From the NCBI GenBank assembly GCA_951406725.2, contig OX597819.1, forward strand, positions 38,874,001 to 38,938,000: a stretch of DNA of 64,000 nucleotides. Direction: 5' to 3'. Under the pieces are notes generated by a model. That model was not told the origin of the DNA, did not search any database, and was given only the letters and a program-made list of their open reading frames with translations. Both the position numbers and the translations under genes were made by a program. Every line of letters starts with the position of its first letter. Position 1 is the first letter of the stretch. Below are positions 52,392 to 64,000 of the stretch, in pieces. This stretch comes from Octopus vulgaris. Its lineage: Eukaryota.

Positions 52392-53375
52392 GACACACAG
52401 ACACACACACATGTAATCAATTCAAATAAACAATGAATTCAAATAAACGAATATAAAAGCGAAAAATTTGAAAAAAATGCACATAAATTATTCTTCAACC
52501 CAATACACAAACACACACACACACATATACACATATCACAGTATGAAGAGAGAATGAGACACACACAGAAAGTCAAATAGATAGAAACACTACTGAAATG
52601 GTTAAAAATTTCCTTTGTTTTTTTTCCCTTTTCTATTCTAATAACCTGGTGACACATGGTATTTTATACAGACATGAGTGTTTTTAGAAATAGAAATGTT
52701 TGTAAATATACTGCTTTCTTTTATTGCATACGTGTGTATTATTTGTGTGAAAGAGGGAGAGAGAGAGAGAGAGAGAGAGTACATGAGGAAAGAGGGGAGA
52801 AAGAGAATTCAAACTGTGTGTGTTTGTTGAACGGGAATGATTCAACACTTGCTGACAGTATGGAAACAGGAAAGTACAATAACACATTAAGGACATTTAT
52901 ACACAGATGTGCACATACGCTAATAACAAAACCATAAACATCCAGTCATAATCACACATAGGCGTTTCATAAGCACTACATAAAAAACACACAAATGCAC
53001 ATATTCTATATACAAGACAGATTACCCTACTTGTATGTATATTAGTCTCTGTGTGTGTATACAAGTATGTTTCCTAACTAAAACAATATTAGTCTTATGG
53101 CATGACTTTCTATAGAGAAGATTCAATCAAATAAAATGTGAGGAAGTTTATAAAGTAAAATTTTTAGTTATCTTTGGAAAGCATAGATAGATAGATAGGA
53201 AAAGCTTTGTTGGTTAGGTGAAGCACCTATCAGGAATACAGCATACAGTCTTAGCTTGTAGGCTTCTGCAGACTGATACCAAATTATTTCTGACAGATCA
53301 ACTGCAAGCTATTCTTAGAAATGAGATGGGATGTTCTTTTTGGCAAGTATTACCTGATAGGCACCAACATAGATT

Positions 53376-53410
<35 letters not shown>

Positions 53411-53600
53411 GATAATAATAATAATGATGAGGATGATGATGATAATAATGATAATAATAACAATAATAATAATAATAATAATAATAATGATAATAATAAT
53501 AATAATAAGAATAATAACGATGATAATAATAATAGTAATAATAACAATAATAACGATGATGATAATAATAATAATAATAACAATAATAACGATGATGATG

Positions 53601-53640
<40 letters not shown>
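53376..53640. repeat. Long (AAT)n/(GAT)n microsatellite
   Basis: Direct reading; source of poly-I/N/L ORFs. Confidence 0.97.
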
Positions 53641-53774
53641 TTTCCTTATTAACCACAAGGGTTTACATTAAGAAAAACATGGACAATACAGGACAAAACA
53701 AAGTGTGTGTGTGTGTATGTGTCTGAGTGTGTGTTGTGAGGGTTTTGTGTATAAACAAGACTAACAAAATTTAA

Positions 53775-53812
<38 letters not shown>

Positions 53813-53831
53813 CAACAACAACAACAATAAT

Positions 53832-54047
53832 GGCTTCAAATTTTGGCACAAGGCCAGCCATTTCAAGGAGGGGGCTAAGTCGATTACATCGATCCCAGTG
53901 CTCAATTGGTATTTATTTTATCAACCTTGAATGGATGAAAGACAAAGTCAACCTCAGTGGAATTTGAACTCAGAACATAAAGACGGACAAAATACTACTA
54001 AGCATTTTTCCTGGCAAGCTAATGATTCTGACAGCTTGCTGCCATAA

Positions 54048-54079
<32 letters not shown>

Positions 54080-54270
54080 TTATCCTTTCTATTAGAAGCA
54101 CAAGGGCCTAAAATTTCAGGGGAGGTGGCAAGCCAATTTCATCAACCCCAGTGTTCAACTGGTACCCATTTTATCAATCCTGGAAGGATGAAAGGTGAAG
54201 TTGACCCCAGCAGAATCTGAACACAGAATGTTAAGATGGATGAAATTCTGCTAAGCATTTTGCCCAGCAT
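53832..54270 (-). mobile_element. Two family A SINEs separated by (AAT)n
   Basis: 53832-54045 and 54082-54270 both match the family A reverse complement. Confidence 0.8.
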
Positions 54271-54323
54271 GATGATTTCTTTTATTTGCCATCAGGTCAA
54301 AGGATGAGGGGACAATAATAATG

Positions 54324-54383
<60 letters not shown>

Positions 54384-54385
<2 letters not shown>

Positions 54386-55010
54386 GGAATAAATTCACAG
54401 ACACGACAGAGTTGGGACCAAGGAATATATTCACAGACACGACAGAGTTGGGACCTACATACACTGGAAGCTATGCCAACATTATGGAATAACAACAGAA
54501 AAAAATGGTATAGGCACACACCAGAAAAGGTCATAGAAAACGAGAAAGCAACCATACTCTGGGATATGCCAATACACACAGATAGAGAAATTGAGGCCAA
54601 CAGGCCAGATATAGTTGTCAGAGATCAGGAAGAAAAAAATGCTTTCTAATTGATGTATCAATACCAGCAGATAACAACGTGTCTGTAAAAGAAATGGAGA
54701 AACTTTCAAAATACAAAGACCAGGAAATAGAGGTAACTTGAATGTGGAATCTAAAAATAGAAACAATCCCTATCATAGTAGGCGCATTAGGTATGATAAA
54801 AAAATATTCAGACAAATACATAACAAAAATACCAGGACTTACAAACACATATAACATGCAGAAAATTGCACTACTGGGCACTGCACACATCCTACGCAAA
54901 ACACTTTCAATACAGTAACCATCAGAGCACCACAACACACAACACATACCCAAAGCACACAGAGCTGTGCTCGGTAGTGAAGTGAAAGCATGCTATAAAA
55001 ATACTACTGA
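54384..55010 (+). pseudogene. Dong/R4-clade LINE 3' fragment: restriction-like endonuclease C-terminus plus 3' UTR
   Basis: YIHRHDRVGTYIHWKLC...ILWDMPIHTDREIEANRPDIVV...LIDVSIP...EKLSKYKD..MW..IPIIVGALG...LLGTAHILRKTL; frameshifts and a stop; (TAA)n on both sides. Confidence 0.9.
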
Positions 55011-55049
55011 ATAATAATAATAATAAAAGTAATAAAAATAAAAATAATT

Positions 55050-55532
55050 TGTCTTGGTATAAAAGATGGGCTACAGCAAATATTCTGCTGAATACCAGTT
55101 TTGCTTGTCAGTTGTTTGACCATAACCAGTTGAGCATGTCCCTTAGTGGCTGACAATATGTGCATCTCTGATCATGAGCAGAAGTAGTGGGGGAGCATCA
55201 TAGCCATGTGTTGAGAGGGATTCTTTGGGGTTTGGATAATTCACCTCTGGAAACATGGGTGTTTCGTTCAACATCATTAAACAACCCTTATTCAGGGACC
55301 TCTTGAGTGGAATGGGCTACTTGACCAGAAGAAAATTCTAACTCGGCCCCCACCTCCAAGGTCATGTGCTGTTTATCTTGATATGAGATCACCATGTCGC
55401 ACACACATGGTTGTGATGCATGTACCTAGTATACCCTTATCAGACGGGTAGTCATGATGGGTATACTGGGCTGCATATATTTTACCCCAGTATCACTTTG
55501 ATGGCATGCACTGCTCTCTCACTCAATAATAA
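55050..55532 (+). mobile_element. Unclassified (AAT)n-tailed retroelement 3' fragment
   Basis: Relatively GC-rich block between TAA runs ending CTCTCTCACTCAATAATAAT. Confidence 0.4.
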
Positions 55533-57639
55533 TTGTTGACATTAACATTACTATTATTATAATCTGGTCTATTAATCTCCATAGTCTCTAACAACACTAT
55601 CGACACTATCATCTTCTTCATCATCATCATCACCACCACCAAAACCACATCCACCACCATCATCATCATCATCATCACCAACAGTAGCAGAGCAACAGCA
55701 ACAGCAACGTCAGTTATGAAAGAGATTCAAAACATTGCAAATTGCCAAAAAGAATAAGATGAATAAAAAAAAAAAATTAAAATTCGTTTTCCTTTGTCTT
55801 ATTTTTTTCCCCAAGAAACAGAAAGTAATAATATGAAATTGCCAATGTCTACATTGAAAAAAAAAAAAAAAACCATGGATCTATGCAAAACAAAAGAATA
55901 GAATTTCTATGGAGAAAAACATTGCAGAAAATATGTTGGAAAAGAAAAGAAAATATTGAAGGGGAAGAAGAAAAAGAAAAAACAGGAAGGAAAGAAATAA
56001 AATGAAAGACTGACAGTAATTGGCAATAATTTTTATATTAACAACAGAAGCAACATAGTCACAGAGGTAATAAACATAGGCATGGAAGAATTTGCAATTC
56101 CAACCAGATTCGTTTTTGTCTTCTTTTCCTTGTTTTGGTTAACTAATCCATAAGGTTTAGTGAAAAATATAATTTTCATTTTTTCCCCTTCACTTCCTTG
56201 TCTTTCTTTTGCAAAAATCTGTTGGTTTAGAGGAATATTGTGGTTTTGGGGTCAAGTTGCTGAACTATCTGTCAAAACTAAGTTCCTGCAGTAACAGTGC
56301 TGAACTGTCTGTCAAGACCAAATGCCTAAGTTCAGTCTATATGTTAAATATTGTTTACCGTTGAAACAATTTCTTCAAAGTCACTCAGTTTAGCAGCAAA
56401 ATCTCCATTAAACTCTCCAGCCATCTTTGAAATGTATACCTCAATGCAGTCTTCCAGTATACTAGAAATAGCAGTCAAATATTCTTCAAAAGACATCCTG
56501 ACACACCGAAAATGAAAATCCCTACATTTACAAAAGGATGGGATAATCACTGATCATAAATAGCAGGAGAAGATCTGCTTGTTGAGGACTGACCTTTATC
56601 TAGTCATTCAACTTGCTAGAAATGGTAGGCAAATAATCTTCAAATGATATCCCACAATAATAATAATAAAAAATTTTTAAAAAAAGCAAAAATTTACATT
56701 TACAAAAAGATGAGATGGTCTCTAATGGAACAACTTTGATCATAAAGAGATCTGCTTTGCTAAGGGCTGAGATGGGCTAAACAAGTTGTAATTTAATTAG
56801 CATGATATAATGAAAGGAACAAGGGAGTGGCAGGAGATATCTACAACTGCAGTGTGTATGTGTATGCATGTGCATGTGTACATTATGCATATTTTATGTG
56901 CAGTGTTGCAGACAAAGACATATTTTATTGCACAACATTGAGGCTGAATTGAAAATTCTGATGATGAGAAGCTTAAATGTAATTCACAGAAATGGGGAGC
57001 AAAAGTTTATTATAGCTGCTTTCACTGACAAAACAATGGAAACCAAAGCAAATGTTGAATGCAAAACATCAAACTACACCAATACATGTTAGCATTATAT
57101 GGTGGTGTGATCACAGGAAAGTCATTCAGATTTCCAGTACTTGGCCAGAAATTGCTTCAAAGATATTCCGCCTTTTTGTGAGTAAACAATTTATGCAGTG
57201 ATTCTATAGAAATGGTTTAAAGTAAAATCTCTCTCTGAATCTATAGAGCAATATCAGTGTGTTGTTTATATAAGAGAACTAAGAAATTTCAAGCAGAGTG
57301 TCTGACTAAAAGAATTGATATAAAAATGCAAAACTAATGAACTGGACAATCTTTGTCAATGAAAGTAAAGAGAATTGAACAAAAGCTAGATATTCACTAC
57401 ATTCACAATAAACATACATGTTTGAAGAATTCATGACAAATTGGGCATTGCTATATGCACTTTATACTTTCATGTGAGTATACATTAAGGCTCAAGAGAG
57501 AGTTTTATAGGAGGTGCCTATAACACAATATTTCAGTAGAAATGAACAAAGAAGTGACTGACATATGAGAAAATGTAGTCTAACATATCCATAAAAAGAC
57601 AGGGTGGTCATGATTGGAAGGTCTTTGATCATGTCTGAC

Positions 57640-57901
57640 TGTGCTTAAAAGGATGAAGGGCAAAGTTGACCATGGCGGAGTTTGAACTCAGAACATAAAG
57701 ATTGACAAAATGCCGCTAAGCATTTTGCCAGGTCTGCTAACAATTCTGCCAGCTTGTTGCCTTATATGGTAATGATAATAATAAAAGTAAGGCAAAATGT
57801 TGACCTTGGCAAGGTTTGAACTTAGGACATAAAGTGCTTGAAGAAATACTGTAAGTTAGTTCTTTCAATGCTTTAATAATTCTACCAATCTATGGCTTCT
57901 C

Positions 57902-57952
<51 letters not shown>

Positions 57953-58390
57953 CATAATCATAATAATCATAATAATCCTTTCTACTAAAGGATCAAGGCC
58001 ATAAATTCTGGGGAAGGAGACTAGTTGATTACATCGACCCCAGTGTTTCACTGGTACTTAATTTATTGACCCCGCAAGGATGAAAGGAAAAGTTGACCTC
58101 AGCAGAATTTGAACTCAGAATATAAGGATGGACAAAATGCCGCTAAGCATTTTGCCCCACATGCTAACAATTCTGCCAGATTGCCGCCTTAATGATACAA
58201 GTCCACAAATTTGTTGGGAGGGTATTGTTAATTGTTTAATGAATACCTGTACTTGACTGGTATTTTATTTTATCAACTCTGGGAGGATGAAAGGCAAAAA
58301 TGAACTTGACAACATTTGAACTCAGAATGCACAGAGTTGGAGTAAATACTGCAAAATATCTTGTCCACAAGTTCTACCATTTCTAGCGAC
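57640..58390 (-). mobile_element. Cluster of four family A SINE copies or fragments around (AAT)n
   Basis: Recurrent GGATGAAAGG.AAAGTTGACC...TTTGAACTCAGAA...CTAAGCATTTTGCC at about 57650, 57790, 58075 and 58285. Confidence 0.8.
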
Positions 58391-58769
58391 AACACCACAT
58401 TTCAGAGAATATTATAAAATGTCCTCTTCCATTTTTTTTTTGTTTTATTTAATATAAAGTATTATGAAGATATTTAAATGATTAATTCTTCAATAAAAAC
58501 AAAAAATATATATGCAAAGCTAAAACAAATCTATTTGATATCATCAATACCTTTAGATCATTTTCCAAAATTCTGACTTTGTATAAAACAATAAAGAATA
58601 AAAGAAGGGAATAGCTCTACAGATTATTGAAAATTTAATGTTAGCTGGGTGTTTAATGACATTAAATTCTTCCATTAATTTTTCTTTCATTTATATAATA
58701 TGATACAAAAGAGATTTTTGACAAATATATACAAAGCATGAAAACTGTAGAGTAATACATTAATTATAA

Positions 58770-59545
58770 AGGCAAGGTAACAAGTTGGCACAATTGTTTG
58801 CATACTAGGTAAAGTGCTTAGTGGCATTTCATCTGACTTTATGTTCTGAGTTTAAATTCTGCCAAGGTTGATTTTCTTTTTCTTTTGCTTTTCATTTATA
58901 TGGGGGTTGATAAAGCAAGTATTAGCTGAGTATTGGAGTTGATATAATTGACTTACCCCCACCCTTGAAACTGCTGGTCTTGTATCCAAATTTGAAACTA
59001 ATAAATCAATTAGAAGGCATTAAAACAGTAAATACAGAAGGATTCTAGGGAAGTTAGGTTTTGAGGGGAGTTTAATTTTGAAGGTATTTGAATGCAGCCA
59101 TACTGGGGCACCACTTTTGAGAGTTTCTGGTTGACCATGGAGATCATCAATGTTGTTGACATTGTCAGATTGACCCCTGTACACAACTAGTACTTAATTT
59201 ATTGATCCTGAAAGGATGAAAGGCAACGTCTACATAGGCAGAATTTGTACTCAGAATGTAAAGACAGATGAAATGCCACTAAGCATTTTGCCCGGGGTGC
59301 TAATGTTTCTGCCAACTGGGGCACCACTTTCAAATTTTGGTACAAGGCCAGATTTTAGGGGAGGGGGTAGGTCAGTCTACATCAATTCCAGGTCTCAGTT
59401 GGTACTTATTTTATTGACCAGGAAAGGATAGAAAGCAAAGGCAAAGTTGACCTCAGTAGAATTTGAACTCAGAACATATAGAGCCAGAAGAAATGCCACT
59501 AAGCATTTTGTCTGATATGCTAATGATTCTGCCAGCTTGCTGCCA
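58770..59545. mobile_element. Three family A SINEs: 58770-58995 (+), 59170-59320 (-), 59330-59545 (-)
   Basis: Family A modules. Confidence 0.75.
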
Positions 59546-60164
59546 TTGAGTTAAAAATTTAAAAAATGATGTAACAGTGCAGTTTGGAAATAAGAAACTT
59601 TCTTAGATGATACAGGATAGCACCAAATTATTTCAATTTTTCCTTATCTCATTTATAAATCTTTGTAATTATGAAAACAATTACTTTCTGGTAGATTTTA
59701 TAAAATGATTAGGATTTCTATTAATAAACTTTTTTATAAGCTGTTTATTCATTGGATGTTTCTTTCTATTGCAAGGGAGAATATTGTCAAGCCCAGAGTC
59801 ATTTGTTTTTAATCCTATTTTTTTCCTTCGTCAATGAAGTTTAGGCTTAGCAGAATGAAGTATATCATATAATTTTTATATATTTATTTAATATCATTTG
59901 ATTTTCTTTTTTACCAATAAAATATCGTATATACTTGAGTAATAGTTGATCTCATGTAAAAGTTGACCCCCTATTTTTGGCCAAGAAATTGGGAATTTTC
60001 CATAGATCCTGTATAAAGTCAGCCCTAGTATATCAAGAACAACAGGACAGCATTTGTAGGTCAAGGTACTGTATTATCCTATACATAGAAATAACACTGT
60101 TACAAAATTGTGTGGCTACCTTACTGTAGACTACTTGGTGCTTATAGTAAAACACCATTTAATA

Positions 60165-60402
60165 AATTTCTTTACTACCCACAAGGGGCTAAACACAGAA
60201 TGGACAAAGAAGGACAAACAAATGGATTAAGTCGATTACATCGACCCCCAGTGCATAACTGGTACTTAATTTACCGATCCCAAAAGGATGAAAGGCAAAG
60301 TTGACCTCGGTGGAATTTGAACTCAGAACATAACGGCAGACGAAATACGGCTATGCATTTCGCCCGGCGTGCTAACGTTTCTGCCAGCTCGCCGCCTTAT
60401 TT
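60165..60402 (-). mobile_element. Family A SINE, young full-length copy
   Basis: CpGs retained; 15-bp TSD AAACACCATTTAATA at 60150-60164 and 60403-60417. Confidence 0.92.
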
Positions 60403-60509
60403 AAACACCATTTAATAGCGAGCACTACACATCTGTTGATGGGTGATACATCACCATTACTAAAATGTATGCACAGGATATGTTGCAAGCCTGCATACAT
60501 CTTCAAACA

Positions 60510-60848
60510 CAATAAACACATGTGTCATACACTCGTTTACATGGTGATAAATGTGTTTCACAGACAGCACTATAGGCGAACACTGGCAAACGCCACTGTC
60601 TGAATTTATACAAAGCATGACTTTGGCAAGCCCCAAAACATTCAAATGATCACTAGATCAATGGTTCCCATGCAACCTTTATATTTTCTTCATCTCCAAA
60701 TGCAATAAACACATGCATCATACACTTGTCTGTTTACATGGTGAGAAATATCTTTAACAACAATAAACACCACTGTATGAATTCATACAGAGGCATAATT
60801 TTGGTAAGCCTAAAAACATTTAATTAATTGCTACATCAGTGGTTCCCA
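60510..60848. repeat. ~190-bp tandem duplication
   Basis: CAATAAACACATG..TCATACACT..GTTTACATGGTGA...TCARTGGTTCCCA at 60510-60670 and 60703-60848. Confidence 0.75.
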
Positions 60849-60914
60849 AACTATTTTGTCACAGAAGCCTTTGAGATTATTTTTTAAAAACGTGGAATCC
60901 TTGATAACTTTCAG

Positions 60915-61110
60915 TGCTTTTATGTGCCACCAGCACAGGAGCCAGTCAAGGCAGTGCTGGCATCAGCCATGTTTGGATGGTGCTTTTCACATGCCACCAG
61001 CACAGGAGCCAGTCAGAGCGAGAGGGCTGGTATCAACCACGTTTGGATAGTGCTTTTTACGTGCCACCAACATGGGGAGCCAGACAGGTGACACTGGCAT
61101 CAGCAACAAC
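60915..61110 (-). mobile_element. Family C tandem-unit fragment
   Basis: Three GTGCTTTT.A..TGCCACCA.CA..GGAGCCAG units. Confidence 0.7.
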
Positions 61111-61955
61111 TACAATTTCCATTTGATTGTGGTTTGATTTCATTTTCATGTTAAAATGCAGCAGGCTTTGGAAAGACAGTGCTGATTTTTAAATGATTAT
61201 ACCACAAGCCTATATCATATACTACATTGACTTGCATACTGGACAATATTCAATATTCAATATTGAATTTACTCAAGCACTAAATTAAACTATACTTTAT
61301 TGCTTTATACACCATGCTGTGCATCACTACACCAGTATATAATACTGCTATGCAATACAAAATTACACTACTATGCAACATTGTGTCACATAACAGTAGT
61401 ATCACATAACTATAGGACCACATTACATCACTATATGACACCAAAGTTAAAACATCAAATTGCTGATCATGAAACACCATCTTTGATGGTCAAGAAATGC
61501 AGCAAGAATGAAAGAGTCAAAGTTCTCACGCCAAGTCTTATTCAGCAAGCTCACTTCAGGGAAAAGACCATAGGGTTACCCTTTTTCAAAGATATAAGAA
61601 CTAACTCAATACAACACTGAAAGCCACTGACTTGAGTCTAAATCATTTGAAATAAAATCCCAAGATCATGCCAAGTAGTGATGTTCCATCAACATTGAAC
61701 CAAAAACTTCAAAGCCACCAGAAGAGAAAAGGAAGAAACCAAACAACAGGAGAAAAAGACTTGACAAAATAATAAATGTCTTCCTCAACCAACATTACCA
61801 TGCAGCCAATGCCTTCAACTCTTCCATGCAAGAATTGGTCAGCAGCCATCAATGCCATCATCACAAACGAAGTGTTCAGCAAAGAAGAAACTAAATTGTC
61901 AGACACAGGATAAAGCCACCACTGATGACACCACAATTCGCTACACTCATCCTAT

Positions 61956-62415
61956 CATCATCATCATTATTGTTCGACCATGGTCAAGACAATGGAATTT
62001 ACCATGCTACGCCAGACTTCACAGTCCATCATAGCATTACGGAGGTCCTGTTGCTGGATGCCTGTATCCCTGGAGATTACATCAGGGTAGGAGAGTGTGC
62101 GAGTAGAGGAGAAGAGTAGAAATTGCCTCGTTTTCAGCTCTACAACAATGTCCAGCATACTGGACTCCCCTACCTTTCACAAGAGACAACACATGTGGTA
62201 GTTTCCCATATATTTGCATTTTGGTTGGATGACGCTTCCATGAGAGATTTTGAGCTCTCATAAGGAGGTGAGTGTAGGTTCCATCGAACCGCCTCTCAAG
62301 CTTCTTTGATAACGTCCAGGTTTCTGAGCCATATAGTAGAACTGGTTCGACTGTGGCTTTGAAGATTTCAAGTCTGAAGTCTCTACTTAGATTTGATGAC
62401 CAGATCTTATGCATA
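61956..62415 (-). pseudogene. RTE-clade LINE 3' fragment, 5'-truncated
   Basis: KIWSSNLSRDFRLEIFKATVEPVLLYGSETWTLSKKLERRFDGTY...AGHCCRA...YPDVISRDTG..LRNAMMD.EVWR; (TGA)n tail; TSD TCATCCTAT at 61947-61955 and 62416-62424. Confidence 0.9.
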
Positions 62416-62483
62416 TCATCCTATACTACAGCACATAAAACTACTATACTACATTGCAATTCACCCCACTATACTATGCTGCA

Positions 62484-62809
62484 GTGAAGGCATGCGACTT
62501 AGTGGTTAGGGTATTCAGCTCACAATTGCAAGTTCATGGGTTCAATTCCTGGCAGTGTGTTGTGTCCTTGAGCAGGACACTTTATTTCATGTTGCTCCAA
62601 TCCACTTAACTGGCAAAAATGAGTAGTACCTGTATTTCAAAAGGCCAGCTTTGTCACACTCTGTGTCATGCTGAATCTCCCTGAGAACTACATTGAGCAT
62701 ACATATGTCTGTGAAGTGCTCAACCACATGCATGATAATTTCATGAGCAGATTGTTCCATTGATCAGATCAGCTGGAACCCCTGTTGTTGTAACCAACAG
62801 AATGTCAGA
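62484..62809 (+). mobile_element. Family D-type head with a third 3' module
   Basis: GGTTCAATTCC B box; GTGTCCTTGAGCAGGACACTTTATTTC; TSD ACTATGCTSCA. Confidence 0.8.
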
Positions 62810-62900
62810 ACTATGCTCCAACACTATTCTACAACATACTTTACAAAACTATATTGTGCTGCATCACTATACTGTATCGTTCACAATATTCTTTTATCTT

Positions 62901-63050
62901 CCCACTACACTCTCGGAGTGGTTGGCATTGGGAAGGGCATCCAGCTGTAGAAACTCTGCCAGATCAGATTGGAGTCTGGTTCGCCAGACCTCAGTCAAAT
63001 CGTCCAGCCCATGCTAGCATGGAAAGCGGACGTCAAATGATGATGATGAT
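62901..63050 (+). mobile_element. Family C RTE-type 3' tail
   Basis: CCCACTACACTCTCGGAGTGG...(GAT)n. Confidence 0.85.
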
Positions 63051-63438
63051 GCTGGGGCATCACTTTGATAGGGTTTAGTTGAACGAATCAACCTGGTACT
63101 TATTCTGTTAGTATTTTTTGATGAACTGCTATGTTATAGGGGATGGAAAGAAAGCAACACCAGTTGTCAAATGGTGGTGTGGGACAAACACAAACACATG
63201 CATAAAAATAAACACATATATATTTATAAATAATTTGCAGAAGTTACAATGTTACACAGAGGCCAAGAGTTTCATGTGTTGTATATACTAAGCCCTTGAA
63301 TAATTCTGTAACCAATTGTTAATGATATATGCACACTCATGTTTTGAGTTCTATTTTTCCTGTTTGCATCACCAAACCTACGTTTATATATATATATAAA
63401 TAATAAGTAATATATACATATATTTATTATGTAATATA

Positions 63439-63494
<56 letters not shown>

Positions 63495-63576
63495 TATATA
63501 TGTATATATGATATGTAATATATATATGTGTATATATGATATGTAATATATATATATATGTATATGTATATATATA

Positions 63577-63793
63577 AAGTAGAAAACCTCGGTTTTCAAA
63601 CAACTCTGATCGCAAATAAATCGTGCTTTATATATATAGATAAATAGATATAGATACATATAAAGCACGATTTATTCGTGATCAGAGGTGTTCATACACC
63701 GAGACACTGCTGCATTAAATGAATATGAGAAAGGCAGGAGATACAGTGCAATTTATTCATGATCAAGGTTGTTCAAAAACTTAGGTTCTACAG
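63577..63793. mobile_element. pogo/Tigger-like MITE with duplicated TIR arm
   Basis: Ends AGTAGAAAACCTCGG ... TTAGGTTCTACAG|TA; inverted arms 63588-63635 and 63657-63703; third arm 63746-63793. Confidence 0.6.
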
Positions 63794-63855
63794 TATAATA
63801 TGTAATATATATATATAATATGTAATATATATAATATGTAATATATATATATATA

Positions 63856-64000
63856 TCATCATCATCATCATCATCATCATCGTTTAACGTCCGCTTTCCG
63901 CGCTAGCACGGGTTGGACGGTTTGACCGGGTCTGGGAAGCCAGGGGCCGCACCAGGCTCCAGTCTGAATCTGGCAGAGTTTCTACGGCTGGATGCCCTTC
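63856..64000 (-). mobile_element. Family C RTE-type 3' tail running off the window end
   Basis: (ATC)n then GTTTAACGTCCGCTTTCC..GCTAGCA.GGGTTGGACGG. Confidence 0.85.

Noticed and set aside
53315-53726. Poly-I/N/L/M ORFs
   Set aside because: Translations of an (AAT)n microsatellite.
56905-56946. miR-92-like seed TATTGCAC
   Set aside because: Only the seed matches and I could not see a precursor hairpin.
59925-60030. Tc2-like DNA transposon end (CGTATATACTTGAGTA)
   Set aside because: Only one degenerate end visible; no partner TIR or TSD found.

Overview
AT-rich eukaryotic non-coding DNA. The repeat content (tRNA-derived SINEs, RTE LINE tails ending in (GAT)n, a Dong/R4 LINE in (TAA)n, very dense TA/CA/TAA microsatellites) looks like an Octopus or other cephalopod intron or intergenic region; this species call is an inference from recognised repeat types. 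I can support no intact host protein-coding gene, and nearly all supplied ORFs are microsatellite or SINE read-throughs. The real coding remnants are transposon-derived: two RTE C-termini (12140-12641 +, 61956-62415 -), a Dong/R4 endonuclease C-terminus (54384-55010 +) and mariner transposase fragments (47690-48265 -, 52032-52391 +). The window also holds dozens of copies of at least five SINE or LINE-tail families (labelled A-E here, plus an older repeat I), a solo LTR with a 4-bp TSD, Helitron and Helentron-type non-autonomous elements, and piggyBac-, mariner- and Tigger-like MITEs. Most noteworthy are two inverted copies of an 8-bp-TSD, GG-terminated (Merlin-like) MITE carrying internal TTAGGG repeats, Penelope-type hammerhead ribozyme motifs including an 875-bp terminally redundant element, a (TAA)n nest of retroelements, and a candidate 22-nt micro-exon with near-consensus splice signals. 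All coordinates were read by eye and may be off by a few bases.
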